Assembly (NCBI GenBank): GCA_018675855.1
Contig: JABGXI010000049.1
Location: 1-48,629 of the forward strand
Length of the DNA: 48,629 bases
Origin: Flavobacteriaceae bacterium
Lineage (GTDB): Bacteria; Bacteroidota; Bacteroidia; Flavobacteriales; Flavobacteriaceae
Direction of reading: 5' to 3'
The notes under the pieces were generated by a model. The model ran no database searches. It was not told the DNA's origin and was given only the letters and a program-made list of their open reading frames with translations. Positions 1 to 10,290 of the stretch are shown one piece after another (the first letter of the stretch is position 1; each line of letters starts with the position of its first letter). The position numbers were made by a program, and so were the translations under genes.

Positions 1-387
1 ATGTTAAACAACCAATTAAGTGCTGCCGCATTTGCAGAAAGAATTGGTGTTCAACGCTCATCCGTTTCTCATATCTTATCTAGAAGAAATAAACCGAGTT
101 TAGATTTTATGTTAAAAATTCATGAACACTTTAGAGAGATTGATTTAGATTGGCTAATTCTGGGAAACTCCAAACAAAATACTTCTTCTCCCCCTGAATT
201 GTTAACCGAAGGATCACTTAAAATATCTGGAAAAGCTAGTGGAACAGAGCATCATAATACTGAAGTATCACAAGAAAAAGCAAAAAGAATAAATTCTAGT
301 TTTAATAGACATATAAGCGAAGAAATTATTCAAATAATTCAATTACATAAGAATGGTACTTTTAGTATTTATATTCCCAATTCTTAG
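1..387 (+). CDS. XRE/Cro-type helix-turn-helix DNA-binding protein (probably 5'-truncated by window edge)
   Basis: ORF is open from base 1. HTH-like segment LSAAAFAERIGVQRSSVSHILSRRNKPSLDFMLKI...DWLILG. C-terminal half is low complexity. Confidence 0.6.
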   Translation: MLNNQLSAAAFAERIGVQRSSVSHILSRRNKPSLDFMLKIHEHFREIDLDWLILGNSKQNTSSPPELLTEGSLKISGKASGTEHHNTEVSQEKAKRINSSFNRHISEEIIQIIQLHKNGTFSIYIPNS

Positions 388-401
388 TATTTTAGCACTT
401 T

Positions 402-773
402 ATGAAATTTTTATTCCTAGGGATTGGTTTTCTTCTAACTTCCTGCTACTCTTCAAAGCGAGATTGCACCCGATTTCATGCGGGAAGTTTTGAGTTTACT
501 AAAATCATCAATGGAGAACTGAATTCTTCAATATTTACAAGGGATTCTATCTATGAAATAGAGGTTTATAAGGGCGTAATAGACACTGCTAAAATTCGCT
601 GGGTAAATGACTGTGAATGTATTCTTACAAAATTAAACCCTTCCTCAAATCAAGACAAAAGACCTATTCAGATGAAAATATTAAACACTAAAGACAATAC
701 TTATACTTTTCAGTATTCTCTTGTTGGTGATAGTAAAAACAGACATCGCGGTACAATCAAGAAAATAAAATAG
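402..773 (+). CDS. small lipoprotein of unknown function
   Basis: Signal peptide with lipobox (GFLLTSC). 123 aa. Sits 14 nt after the preceding gene and 3 nt before TerC. Confidence 0.55.
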   Translation: MKFLFLGIGFLLTSCYSSKRDCTRFHAGSFEFTKIINGELNSSIFTRDSIYEIEVYKGVIDTAKIRWVNDCECILTKLNPSSNQDKRPIQMKILNTKDNTYTFQYSLVGDSKNRHRGTIKKIK

Positions 774-776
774 ACC

Positions 777-1535
777 ATGTTAACCCCTGATTTATTTATT
801 GCTTTTTTGACACTTACCTTTTTAGAGATTGTCTTAGGGATCGATAATATTATTTTTATTTCAATTTTAGCAGGGAGATTTCCTGAAGATATTCGTAAAA
901 AGCTAATGCAAATTGGACTTTTCCTTGCCATGATCATGAGAATTATACTACTTCTTGGTGTGAATTGGCTTATTCAAATGCAAAGCACACTTTTTACATT
1001 AGAAACATCTTTTTTTTCTTCTAATGTTTCAATTCAAGCATTAATTTTAATGGTTGGTGGTATATTTTTACTCTACAAAAGCACTAAAGAAATATATAAT
1101 AAAGTAGAGGAGGTTCATGAAAAAAAAACCATAGAACTAAAATCATCTACTGCATTTTCAAAAGTTGTTTTTCAAATAGTACTTATAGATATTGTCTTTT
1201 CTTTTGATTCTATCCTAACTGCCGTCGGAATGACTAGCGGAATCCCTTATGCCCTTTTAATAATGATAGCGGCTGTAATTATCTCAATTTCTATAATGAT
1301 ATGGTTTTCAAATCCAATTAGTCTATTTATAAACAATCGACCCTCACTCCAAATACTGGGACTAGCTTTTTTACTATTGATTGGTTTTATGTTAATTACT
1401 GAAGCAGCAAGTATTTCTGAAACCGTTTTGTTTGGCTCTAACATAACTAGGATTCCAAAAGGATATTTATATTTCTCTATTGCCTTCTCCTTAGGTGTAG
1501 AGCTATTAAACAGCTACTCTAAAAAAACAAAATGA
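777..1535 (+). CDS. TerC-family integral membrane protein
   Basis: Multi-TM 252-aa ORF with the TerC-type motif LEIVLGIDNIIFISIL. Confidence 0.8.
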   Translation: MLTPDLFIAFLTLTFLEIVLGIDNIIFISILAGRFPEDIRKKLMQIGLFLAMIMRIILLLGVNWLIQMQSTLFTLETSFFSSNVSIQALILMVGGIFLLYKSTKEIYNKVEEVHEKKTIELKSSTAFSKVVFQIVLIDIVFSFDSILTAVGMTSGIPYALLIMIAAVIISISIMIWFSNPISLFINNRPSLQILGLAFLLLIGFMLITEAASISETVLFGSNITRIPKGYLYFSIAFSLGVELLNSYSKKTK

Positions 1536-1536
1536 G

Positions 1537-4140
1537 TTAAAAATCAATTGTAAACTGTGTTTCTTCATCATCACTTGATATAGAACTTTTAGGGCCAACA
1601 TCTTCCGCCTCAACTTCAATCTCTGTAATCACATCTTCAATGGTTTCTTCATAAGGGAGTGCTTCTTTTAAAGAAACTACTTTCAGTTTTTTATCAGTTA
1701 ATTGATTGCCAAGTGCTTTAAAACCTTTTACTGAAATAAATTCTTCAGCATTAATTTCTGTATCCGAAGGCTGATCATTCCCCCTCTTTTTTTCATATTG
1801 CAAAGTTAATAGTGGACGCCAGTCAAAACCTACATAAGTTAATATACCCCCTTCTTTCATAAAATTATCTTCCTTTTCTACTGACTCTAAAAGAAAACGC
1901 TTAAGGAAGTAACGTTCTTTTTCTGTGTCAAAATATACGGCAGTAATTGGTTTTCGCGGAATCCACTTCTCAAGGTGAATTACTGAGTCATCAAAATGAA
2001 GACTTAATTCAGGAGCAACTGCCTTTAAGGTTCCGTGTTGAGTAGCTACAAGAAGCTTGTCATCCCCTTTAAAAGCACCTAAAAGAAGGCCTCTTTCTTC
2101 TAAATTCAATCTTCTGATTGTTTCGTCGAACCATATTTTACGGGGCTTAAGAGTTGATACTCCTTTTTCTTTTAATTCAATTTTTTTAATGGTGTATTTA
2201 GTTACCGTATTTCCTCGAACTGCTCTACCTTTTACCTGAAGATCAGCAAAATCTAAATCCCATTTTAATTTTTTAACACTACCTGTATTTCGTAAAATAA
2301 TTGAAATAATTTCTGCTTCTCCGTTTGAGTTGGGTGAAAAATAAAGGATTTCGGATCCTGCTCTGCTTTGGGTTAAATCATAAACTTTATCTCGAGTTAC
2401 TCCCGTAACAGCAAAACGTTTTATAAAAGAAGTACCCCCTTTACCGTCACGGTATACCATGTTATATACCGTTCGAGTATCTTTTTTCTTAAAGACAGCT
2501 ACATGAATAATATTTTTACCTATAAACACTTTACCATCTACTTTTACAACTTGCATTTTACCATCTTGAGTAAATACAATAATATCATCAATATCAGAGC
2601 ATTCACAAATAAAATCATCTTTACGCATAGAAGTGCCAATAAAACCTTCTTCCCTATTTACATATAATTTAAGATTTCGCACCACCACTTTCTTGGCATC
2701 TACATCATCAAATATGCGGATTTCCGATTGACGTTTTTTATCAGAACCATAGACTTTCTTGAGGTGAGTGAAATAACGAATTGAAAAATCAATAAGGTGT
2801 GCTAAATTATTTTTCACTTCAGCAATATCAGCCTCTAATGCTTCAATTTTTTGTTGTGCTTTATCAAAATCAAATTTAGAAATTCGTTTAATTCTAATTT
2901 CGGTAAGACGAACTATATCTTCTTCAATTACAGGTCTTTTTAGATTAGCAATATGAGGTAATAGTCCCTTATTAATAAAAGAAATAACCTCTTCCCAGGT
3001 ACCAGCCTCTTCAATATCACGATATATTTTATTTTCAATAAAAATTCGTTCTAAAGAAGCATAATGCCATTGATTTTCCAGTTCATGAAGTTGAACTTCC
3101 AATTCTAATTTAAGTAATTGAACCGTGTGATCAGTTGAAATCTTCAACATCTCTGATACGCCCATAAAGTTTGGCTTGTTGTCAATAATTAAACAACCTA
3201 AAGGAGAAATAGATGTTTCACAAGCCGTAAAAGCATATAATGCATCAATAGTTTTATCTGGTGAAATATCATTTGGTAAATGCACTAAAATTTCAACTGC
3301 AGAAGAAGTGTTATCTTCAATTTTTTTGATTTTTATTTTACCTTTTTCATTTGCTTTTAAAATACTATCAATCAAGCTTGAAGTATTCGTGCTGAATGGA
3401 ATTTGATTGATAACTAAAGTGTTTTTATCTTGCTGATGAATTTTTGCTCGTACTCTTACTTTTCCTCCTCGCAACCCATCATTATAACCCTGGATATCGA
3501 TAATTCCACCTGTTTGAAAATCGGGAAAAATAGTGAATTTTTTACCCTTTAAGTGAAGAATACTTGCTTGTAATAATTCATTGAAATTGTGAGGTAAAAT
3601 TTTTGTGGAGAGACCTACAGCAATCCCCTCAGCACCTTGCGCCAATAATAAAGGGAATTTAACTGGCAGATGAATGGGTTCTTTTTTTCGGCCATCATAT
3701 GAAAGTTGCCACTCAGTTACTTTTGGACTAAAAACAACCTCTAGGGCAAATTTAGATAATCGAGCTTCAATATAACGAGAAGCTGCTGCACTGTCACCGG
3801 TCAAAAGATTACCCCAATTCCCTTGCATATCAATTAACAATTCTTTCTGCCCGACTTGAACCATTGCGTCAGCAATACTAGCATCTCCGTGAGGGTGATA
3901 TTGCATCGTGTGTCCTACAATATTAGCAACTTTGCTATAGCGACCATCATCTAAATCTTTCATGGAATGAAGAATTCTCCGCTGCACTGGCTTCAATCCG
4001 TCTTCAATAGCAGGTACAGCACGTTCCAGGATGACATAAGAAGCATAATCTAAAAACCAATCTTTATACATGCCTGTGACTTTTACCAGCGAATCGCTGG
4101 AGGAATCATTTGTTGGTATGTGATCAATAATTTCATCCAT
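1537..4140 (-). CDS. parC: DNA topoisomerase IV subunit A
   Basis: 867 aa. Motifs DGLKPVQRRILHSM and catalytic-Tyr region AAASRYIEARLS. No GyrA-box (QRRGGKG) seen in the C-terminal domain. Co-directional with and next to the parE-like gene, as is typical for Bacteroidota topo IV. Confidence 0.88.
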   Translation of the reverse strand: MDEIIDHIPTNDSSSDSLVKVTGMYKDWFLDYASYVILERAVPAIEDGLKPVQRRILHSMKDLDDGRYSKVANIVGHTMQYHPHGDASIADAMVQVGQKELLIDMQGNWGNLLTGDSAAASRYIEARLSKFALEVVFSPKVTEWQLSYDGRKKEPIHLPVKFPLLLAQGAEGIAVGLSTKILPHNFNELLQASILHLKGKKFTIFPDFQTGGIIDIQGYNDGLRGGKVRVRAKIHQQDKNTLVINQIPFSTNTSSLIDSILKANEKGKIKIKKIEDNTSSAVEILVHLPNDISPDKTIDALYAFTACETSISPLGCLIIDNKPNFMGVSEMLKISTDHTVQLLKLELEVQLHELENQWHYASLERIFIENKIYRDIEEAGTWEEVISFINKGLLPHIANLKRPVIEEDIVRLTEIRIKRISKFDFDKAQQKIEALEADIAEVKNNLAHLIDFSIRYFTHLKKVYGSDKKRQSEIRIFDDVDAKKVVVRNLKLYVNREEGFIGTSMRKDDFICECSDIDDIIVFTQDGKMQVVKVDGKVFIGKNIIHVAVFKKKDTRTVYNMVYRDGKGGTSFIKRFAVTGVTRDKVYDLTQSRAGSEILYFSPNSNGEAEIISIILRNTGSVKKLKWDLDFADLQVKGRAVRGNTVTKYTIKKIELKEKGVSTLKPRKIWFDETIRRLNLEERGLLLGAFKGDDKLLVATQHGTLKAVAPELSLHFDDSVIHLEKWIPRKPITAVYFDTEKERYFLKRFLLESVEKEDNFMKEGGILTYVGFDWRPLLTLQYEKKRGNDQPSDTEINAEEFISVKGFKALGNQLTDKKLKVVSLKEALPYEETIEDVITEIEVEAEDVGPKSSISSDDEETQFTIDF

Positions 4141-4425
4141 AGAAATGCTAAAATACTATATCAGACCTATATTTTAAGTGAAAATTTATTGAAGAAATTA
4201 ACAAATTTTAGTTGAGAAGTAAATTTTTTAAAAAATCGTCTTCTGAGACTTTTACGAAAAATGATCTTTAAACTAAAGATAAAACTTATCTAATTTTAAG
4301 ATGAATCATCAAAATTAACCACCATTACGATTAAAATTTGATAAATAATAATGTTTTTAAATATGAATATTTTTCTTTAGGTATCGTAAATGCTAAGTTT
4401 TTATTTATATAAACAAGAGTTTGAA

Positions 4426-6285
4426 TTATTTCACTTCTTCTGCCAGATCAAGTTCTACTTTAAGATTGTCTATTATAAATTTTTGACGGTCTTGGGTATT
4501 TTTACCCATATAAAATTCAAGTAATTGTTCTGTGGTAATGCTTTTGTCCATCATAACTGGATCAAGACGAATATTGTCACCAATAAAAAATTTAAATTCA
4601 TCAGGAGAGATTTCACCTAATCCTTTGAAACGAGTAATTTCTGGCTTACCTATCAATTTACCAATAGCATCTCTTCGCTCCTGTTCGCTGTAACAATAAA
4701 AGGTTTGTTTTTTATCGCGAACTCTAAAAAGTGGGGTTTGCAAAATGTACAAATGGCCTTCTTTTATGAGTTCAGGAAAAAATTGAAGGAAAAAAGTGAT
4801 GAGTAAAAGGCGAATGTGCATTCCATCAACATCGGCATCTGTTGCAATTACAATATTATTATACCTTAAGTCTTCCAGGCCATCCTCAATATTTAGTGCT
4901 GCCTGCAACAAATTAAATTCTTCATTTTCATATACGATTTTTTTAGACATCCCATAGCTGTTGAGAGGTTTGCCACGCAAGCTAAAAACTGCTTGAGTAT
5001 TGACGTCTCTTGACTTTGTAATGGAACCACTAGCAGAGTCTCCCTCAGTAATAAATAAGGTAGAATCAAGACGACGATCCCTTTTAAGATCTGGTAAATG
5101 CACCCTGCAATCTCTAAGTTTTTTATTGTGTAAACTTGCCTTTTTAGCACGTTCTCGAGCCAACTTTCGAATACCTGATAAGTCTTTACGTTCGCGTTCT
5201 GCCTGAATAATTTTTTGTTGAATAGCTAATGCAATCGTTGTGTTTTTATGTAAAAAATTATCCAATTGAGTATTCAAAAAATCTACAATATAACTTCGAA
5301 CAGAAGGCATACCGTCTCCCATTTCTGTTGAACCCAACTTTGTTTTTGTTTGAGACTCAAACACTGGTTCGGTTACTTTTATACTAACGGCAGATATAAT
5401 AGACTTCCTGATATCTGAGGCTTCATAATTTTTTCCAAAATATTCTCTAATTGTCTTAACAAGTCCTTCGCGAAAGGCAGCTTGATGAGTTCCACCTTGA
5501 GTAGTATGCTGTCCATTTACAAAGGAATGGTATTCTTCACTGTATTGAGTTTTACTATGAGTAAGTGCTACTTCAATATCATCTCCGCGTAAATGAATAA
5601 TTGGATATGTTAAATCGTTTTCATTAGTTTGATCGGTTAATAAATCTTTTAATCCATTTTCAGAAAAGAACTTTTGTCCATTTAAATCAATAGTTAACCC
5701 AGGATTTAAATACACATAATATTTAACCATGCGCTCCACGTATTCAATTCTGTAGATATAATTTTTAAAGATTGTAGCATCAGGAACAAATACAACCTTG
5801 GTTCCTCTTCGTCGAGAGCTATCCCCCACTGGCGAATCTTCGCTTAATATACCATATTGAAAAACAGCGCGCTTAGATTGTTTCTCTCTGGTTGATTCTA
5901 CAATAAAACTTGAGGAAAGCGCATTTACCGCTTTAGTTCCTACACCATTCAATCCTACTGATTTTTTAAATGCCTTGGAATCATATTTTCCACCAGTATT
6001 CATTTTCGAAACTACATCAACAACTTTACCAAGTGGAATTCCACGCCCAAAATCACGAACTGTAACCGTGCTATCTTTAATGAAGATTTCAATGGTTTTA
6101 CCAGCACCCATTACAAACTCATCTATACAATTATCCAAGACCTCTTTTAAGAGAATATAAATTCCATCATCTGGGGAAGAACCGTCTCCTAATTTACCTA
6201 TGTACATCCCAGGACGTAAACGTATATGTTCTTTCCAATCTAGAGAGCAAATATTATCTTCGGTATAGGCGGTTTCTTCTTTCAT
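4426..6285 (-). CDS. parE: DNA topoisomerase IV subunit B
   Basis: GHKL ATPase motifs ([15 protein letters not shown]), GGTHQ, TOPRIM motifs ITEGDSASG and [11 protein letters not shown]. The ORF-track start (6342) is a TTG. I place the start at ATG 6285 ([11 protein letters not shown]...) because a TAnnTTTG box lies inside the extension. Confidence 0.88.
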   Translation of the reverse strand: MKEETAYTEDNICSLDWKEHIRLRPGMYIGKLGDGSSPDDGIYILLKEVLDNCIDEFVMGAGKTIEIFIKDSTVTVRDFGRGIPLGKVVDVVSKMNTGGKYDSKAFKKSVGLNGVGTKAVNALSSSFIVESTREKQSKRAVFQYGILSEDSPVGDSSRRRGTKVVFVPDATIFKNYIYRIEYVERMVKYYVYLNPGLTIDLNGQKFFSENGLKDLLTDQTNENDLTYPIIHLRGDDIEVALTHSKTQYSEEYHSFVNGQHTTQGGTHQAAFREGLVKTIREYFGKNYEASDIRKSIISAVSIKVTEPVFESQTKTKLGSTEMGDGMPSVRSYIVDFLNTQLDNFLHKNTTIALAIQQKIIQAERERKDLSGIRKLARERAKKASLHNKKLRDCRVHLPDLKRDRRLDSTLFITEGDSASGSITKSRDVNTQAVFSLRGKPLNSYGMSKKIVYENEEFNLLQAALNIEDGLEDLRYNNIVIATDADVDGMHIRLLLITFFLQFFPELIKEGHLYILQTPLFRVRDKKQTFYCYSEQERRDAIGKLIGKPEITRFKGLGEISPDEFKFFIGDNIRLDPVMMDKSITTEQLLEFYMGKNTQDRQKFIIDNLKVELDLAEEVK

Positions 6286-6315
6286 AAAATAAAGAGCTAA
6301 TATAAATATTGCGAA

Positions 6316-6323
6316 CAAAACTA
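6316..6323 (-). promoter_or_regulatory. candidate Bacteroidota -7 promoter box (TAGTTTTG on minus strand) for parE
   Basis: Forward caaaacta is TAnnTTTG on the minus strand, about 30 nt upstream of ATG 6285. Confidence 0.35.
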
Positions 6324-6480
6324 TAAACAGTATTACGTTCAAGAAATGAACAATCCATTCTTTTTTTTTGTTAAAAAGTTATTTTAATACATTTTAGTGA
6401 TTGTAGTTCTTCAAGGTAAGTTTCTTTTATATATTTATTAAATAAAATGGGGTCCTCAAAATATTTAATCAAAAATAATT

Positions 6481-6825
6481 ATGAAAAAAAATATAAAAAA
6501 TACTATAGGACCTTTTGTTCATAGTGTTTATTTTTGGCTTAAAAATCCGGATAATCTTGAAAGTACTAATGCCTTTGAAAAAGCTATAAGTAAGCTGATA
6601 AGGACAAACCCTCAAGCAACTTCCAATCACTTTGGAAAAGCTGCAGAAGTGGAGGAAAGAGCGGTTGTAGATAATTCCTTTACCTATTTTTATATGATGA
6701 TTTTTTCGGATTTAGATAAACAAAATGCTTATCAAATTGATCCTACTCATGAGATGTTCATTAAAGAAGCTGCTCATTTATGGGAACGTGTAATTGTATA
6801 TGATTCTATTTCAGAAAATACTTAA
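6481..6825 (+). CDS. Dabb (stress-responsive alpha/beta-barrel) family protein
   Basis: 114 aa. VHSVYFWLK... N-terminus and ...DPTHEMFIKEAAHLWERVIVYD C-terminus resemble the Dabb dimeric alpha-beta barrel family. Confidence 0.65.
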   Translation: MKKNIKNTIGPFVHSVYFWLKNPDNLESTNAFEKAISKLIRTNPQATSNHFGKAAEVEERAVVDNSFTYFYMMIFSDLDKQNAYQIDPTHEMFIKEAAHLWERVIVYDSISENT

Positions 6826-6829
6826 ACAT

Positions 6830-8425
6830 TTATTTAGTAATGAGTGCATTTTGAGTTTGCCTAAAATTATCAATCGAAACAAAATAATCAGGGTCTTCAA
6901 GAACATTTACAACACAAATTTTTTCAGCTCTTTTTATCAATTTGACACAATCGGAAGACAAGTGACGTAAATGAATGTTTTTTCCAATTTTATGATAACG
7001 TTCAGTTAGTTTATTAATACACTCTATTGCTGATTGATCAACAATTCTAGATTCTTTAAAGTCGATAACGATCTCACTTGGATCATTTTTAACATCAAAT
7101 TTACTGTTGAATAATTCAATACATCCAAAAAACAGAGGTCCATAAATTTCATAATGTTTCACACCATAATCATCTATGTGTTTTCTTGCACGAATGCGCT
7201 TAGCATTTTCCCATGCAAAGACCAGAGAAGAAACAATTACACCTGACAAAACAGCAATTGCCAAATCAAAAAATACGGTAATAATCGTAACTAATAAAAT
7301 AACAATTACATCTGCCGTTGGAACTTTATTCCATACCTTGAAGGTACTCCAGGCAAAAGTTCCCAAAACAACCATAAACATAACCCCTACAAGGGCTGCT
7401 ATAGGAACTTGCTCAATATAACTTGAGCCGAATAAGATGAAAAACAATAGTGCCAAGGCTGCAGTAATTCCAGAAAGACGTCCACGCCCTCCAGATTTTA
7501 TATTTATAATACTTTGTCCAATCATAGCACATCCTCCCATACCACCAAAAAAACTATTTAAAATATTACCTGCACCTTGAGCAACACACTCTCTGTTTCC
7601 ACTACCATGGGTGTCTGTTAATTCATCAATTAAGTTTAGGGTCATTAAAGATTCGATTAAACCAATAGAAGCTAAAATAAACGAATATGGGGCTATAAAA
7701 AAAAGTGTGTCTAATGAGAATGAAATAAGTGGAATTTGAAAGTTAGGTAATCCAGCTTTGATTCCCTTTCCTCCATTGGTGACTATAAATGATTTTACAG
7801 TTTCAGTATCTAAATCTCCTAAAATAACAACTAAAGATACCAATATAATAGCTATTAAAGCTGCAGGTATTTTTTTTGTTATTAAAGGAAGAAATGCCAT
7901 AATTAGCATAGTAGTTGATACTAAAGCTATCATAATAAATAGAGCACTGCCTTGCAGCCAGTTTCCATTACTTTTAAACATCCCTAATTGAGATATAAAT
8001 ATTACAATGGCTAATCCATTTACAAAACCCATCATAACAGAATGTGGAATCATTCGAACAAATTTTCCTAATTTTAGTAGGCCAGCAAAAATCTGAAGTA
8101 TTCCTGCTAAAAGTAAGGCGCCAAAAAGGTATTGTAGCCCAGAACTATCGGTTCCACCTAATTGATTGCCTTCTCTAACTAAATGTACCATAACAACAGC
8201 CATAGCACCTGTTGCACCTGAAATCATACCGGGGCGTCCTCCAAAAATAGAGGTAACCAATCCCATCATAAAAGCACCATACAAGCCTATTATAGGAGAT
8301 ATACCTGCAACAAAAGCAAAGGCTACAGCCTCAGGCACAAGTGCTAAAGCAACTGTTATACCCGATAAAAGGTCATTTTTAATACTACCACCATTAGTTC
8401 GGTCAATGAGTTGAAAAGGTTTCAA
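6830..8425 (-). CDS. SulP-family anion (sulfate/bicarbonate) permease with C-terminal STAS domain
   Basis: 531 aa, polytopic. SulP signature region GITVALALVPEAVAFAFVAG...FGGRPGMISGATGA. STAS-like soluble tail. Only a TTG start (8425) is available in frame. Confidence 0.85.
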   Translation of the reverse strand: MKPFQLIDRTNGGSIKNDLLSGITVALALVPEAVAFAFVAGISPIIGLYGAFMMGLVTSIFGGRPGMISGATGAMAVVMVHLVREGNQLGGTDSSGLQYLFGALLLAGILQIFAGLLKLGKFVRMIPHSVMMGFVNGLAIVIFISQLGMFKSNGNWLQGSALFIMIALVSTTMLIMAFLPLITKKIPAALIAIILVSLVVILGDLDTETVKSFIVTNGGKGIKAGLPNFQIPLISFSLDTLFFIAPYSFILASIGLIESLMTLNLIDELTDTHGSGNRECVAQGAGNILNSFFGGMGGCAMIGQSIINIKSGGRGRLSGITAALALLFFILFGSSYIEQVPIAALVGVMFMVVLGTFAWSTFKVWNKVPTADVIVILLVTIITVFFDLAIAVLSGVIVSSLVFAWENAKRIRARKHIDDYGVKHYEIYGPLFFGCIELFNSKFDVKNDPSEIVIDFKESRIVDQSAIECINKLTERYHKIGKNIHLRHLSSDCVKLIKRAEKICVVNVLEDPDYFVSIDNFRQTQNALITK

Positions 8426-8451
8426 GGAATGCTTTTTTTTAAAATTTTAGG

Positions 8452-8459
8452 CAAAAATA
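8452..8459 (-). promoter_or_regulatory. candidate -7 box (TATTTTTG on minus strand) for the SulP gene
   Basis: Forward caaaaata lies 27 nt upstream of start 8425. It is embedded in CAAAAATAAGCTTA, a 14-mer also found upstream of ychF. Confidence 0.4.
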
Positions 8460-8509
8460 AGCTTAATCTTTGCAATAGAGTCTTTGTGAGTAATTGAATT
8501 TATAAATTA

Positions 8510-9139
8510 TCATTTTGAAGCTGCTTCACCTAGAAAAAAAATAGCCAACCAATTGCTAGATAAAATTAATATTCCTGCTGAAGAAAAATGAATATAAAAT
8601 TTATTTAAAGCTAATATTCCGTCAGAAAACATAAATAAAGAAACCGCATATCCGACTGATTTAAATACCTCATTTGAACTACTAAGCGGTAAGAATATTC
8701 CTTGCCAACTTATTATGACGATAACTATAATGTATATAAGAACTGGTGTAAAAAAGAGTTTAAATTAGAATAGATAAGACAAAGTAGTATTCCTGCAATA
8801 AAAGTCAGTGGAATTCCAATTTTTAGTGGCCAGTTCATCCATTAACAACTGTAAATGATCTAATAAAAAATATGTGTCCTACTAAAAAAGAGATCAGTCC
8901 AATAGTAAAGTAATGTTAAAATAATAATGAGAAATCAGCAATAAGGCAAAAAATTAGTCCAATAATTATTGACTTAGCAAATAATGAGTTTTTGACTGAT
9001 GCATAGAGTAAAGGCATCAAAATTATTAGGGATGTTGTTAAGAGTTTTAAAATAAAAAATAGTTAACCCAAAAATAATTACTGTAAATAGCGGTTATAGC
9101 AGTAAGAGCTATAATGTATTTAAAACCTTTTAATGTCAT
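8510..9139 (-). pseudogene. decayed YhhN-family (lysoplasmalogenase-like) membrane protein gene
   Basis: No ORF of 60 aa or more in 730 bp. The minus strand still reads in pieces across three frames: MTLKGFKYIIALTAITAIYSNYFWVNYF / ILKLLTTSLIILMPLLYASVKNSLFAKSIIIGLIFCLIADFSLLF* / HYFTIGLISFLVGHIFFIRSF / NWPLKIGIPLTFIAGILLCLIYSNLNSF / TPVLIYIIVIVIISWQG...VGYAVSLFMFSDGILALNKFY...*. The GLxFxxxxD, FLxGH and LFxxSDxxLAxxKF blocks match YhhN-family hallmarks. There are at least 3 frameshifts plus one in-frame TAA. Confidence 0.65.
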
Positions 9140-9155
9140 AACTTTTAACAACTTT

Positions 9156-10250
9156 TTAAACGTTAAATCGGAAATGCATTACATCGCCATCTTTTACTAT
9201 ATATTCTTTACCCTCTACCCTCATTTTTCCTGCTTCCTTAACTTTAGTCTCAGAACCGTAGTGTTGATAATCATCATATCCTATTACCTCTGAACGAATA
9301 AAACCTTTCTCAAAGTCAGTATGAATAACACCTGCAGCCTGAGGAGCGGAAGCACCAATTGGTATTGTCCATGCTCTAACTTCCTTAACGCCAGCAGTAA
9401 AATAGGTTTGCTGATTGAGCAGCGCATAAGCGCTGCGGATTAATTTTGCTGACCCAGCTTCTTTCAGACCTAAATCTTCCAAAAACATCTGACGTTCTTC
9501 AAAAGAGTCCAACTCATTTATATCGGCTTCTATACTAACTGCTAATATAAGAAGTCCTGCATTTTCGTCTTTAACCAACATCTTAACCTTTTCCACATAA
9601 TGATTACCGTCTTTTGCAGAAATTTCATCTACGTTACATACGTACAAAACAGGTTTGTCGGTAATAAGTTGTAGTGGCTTTACAATGACATTTCTATCCT
9701 CTTCTTTAAAATCAATGCTACGAACATTTTTAGATGCTTCTAATTCATTTTTCAAATGATCCAATACTTCTTTTTCTTTAATCGCCTCTTTATTTCCTGT
9801 CCTTGCCGCTTTATTAACCTTATCTAACTTTTTTTCAACTGTCTCCAAGTCTTTTAGCTGGAGTTCTATATCAATGGTTTCCTTATCTCGAACTGGATCT
9901 ACAGATTCATCAACATGAATAATGTTGTCATTATCAAAACAGCGCAGTACATGTAAAATAGCATCAGTTTCACGAATATTAGCTAGAAACTGGTTGCCCA
10001 ATCCTTCACCTTTACTAGCACCTTTTACTAAGCCTGCTATGTCAACAATTTCAACTGTCGCAGGAATGACATTTTCTGGTTTTACTATGCTTTCAAGTTT
10101 TTTTAAACGAGAATCTGGGACGTTTACCACACCAATATTGGGTTCTATTGTACAAAAAGGAAAATTTGCACTTTGTGCTTTGGCATTCGACAAACAATTG
10201 AAAAGAGTTGATTTCCCGACGTTAGGTAGACCTACAATACCTGCTTTCAT
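9156..10250 (-). CDS. ychF: redox-regulated ribosome-binding ATPase YchF
   Basis: [19 protein letters not shown]-loop, the usual 364-aa length, TGS-like C-terminus ([13 protein letters not shown]). The ORF-track start 10268 is a TTG inside the promoter palindrome. ATG 10250 is used here. Confidence 0.9.
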   Translation of the reverse strand: MKAGIVGLPNVGKSTLFNCLSNAKAQSANFPFCTIEPNIGVVNVPDSRLKKLESIVKPENVIPATVEIVDIAGLVKGASKGEGLGNQFLANIRETDAILHVLRCFDNDNIIHVDESVDPVRDKETIDIELQLKDLETVEKKLDKVNKAARTGNKEAIKEKEVLDHLKNELEASKNVRSIDFKEEDRNVIVKPLQLITDKPVLYVCNVDEISAKDGNHYVEKVKMLVKDENAGLLILAVSIEADINELDSFEERQMFLEDLGLKEAGSAKLIRSAYALLNQQTYFTAGVKEVRAWTIPIGASAPQAAGVIHTDFEKGFIRSEVIGYDDYQHYGSETKVKEAGKMRVEGKEYIVKDGDVMHFRFNV

Positions 10251-10265
10251 GTAAAATATTTTTGT

Positions 10266-10285
10266 CAAAAATAAGCTTATTTTTG
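10266..10285. promoter_or_regulatory. perfect 20-bp palindrome CAAAAATAAGCTTATTTTTG giving a TATTTTTG -7 box on each strand (divergent ychF / ydjC-like promoters)
   Basis: The sequence is self-complementary and each half reads TAnnTTTG. It lies 16 nt upstream of the ychF ATG (minus) and 55 nt upstream of the 10340 ATG (plus). Confidence 0.4.
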
Positions 10286-10290
10286 GCTTT

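Noticed and set aside
710-937. 75-aa minus-strand ORF spanning the lipoprotein/TerC junction, and the similar 1247-1444 ORF
   Set aside because: It is antisense to two tightly coupled plus-strand genes with good signal-peptide and TerC features. No support.
4141-4425. Unusually long (285 nt) spacer between parE and parC, examined for an sRNA, small ORF or terminator
   Set aside because: It contains only very short ORFs (11 codons or fewer), no convincing stem-loop with a U-tract, and no exact TAnnTTTG box. It is extremely AT-rich. Nothing here can be supported.
1537-6285. Alternative call of the two topoisomerase genes as gyrA/gyrB
   Set aside because: The subunit A homolog lacks a GyrA-box. 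The two genes are adjacent and co-directional. The lengths (867 and 619 aa) fit Bacteroidota ParC/ParE. Only a phylogeny would settle it completely.
6286-6342. Hydrophobic 19-aa N-terminal extension of parE ([19 protein letters not shown]) suggesting a membrane-anchored topoisomerase
   Set aside because: The extension starts at a TTG. A TAnnTTTG box lies inside it. ATG 6285 gives a normal-length ParE N-terminus. It is almost certainly non-coding.
9922-10254. Long antisense ORFs inside well-supported genes. Examples: 9922-10254 in ychF, 14327-14689 in serA, 18236-18529 and 18614-18949 in the Nramp gene, 7176-8414 in SulP, 2057-3406 in parC, 4893-6160 in parE, 16704-16925, 25417-25626, 30448-30684, 36506-36787, 39643-39879, 43282-43485, 45099-45359
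   Set aside because: They lie opposite ORFs with clear family motifs. Their composition is odd and low-complexity, several have non-ATG starts, and I recognise no motifs. They are typical shadow ORFs.
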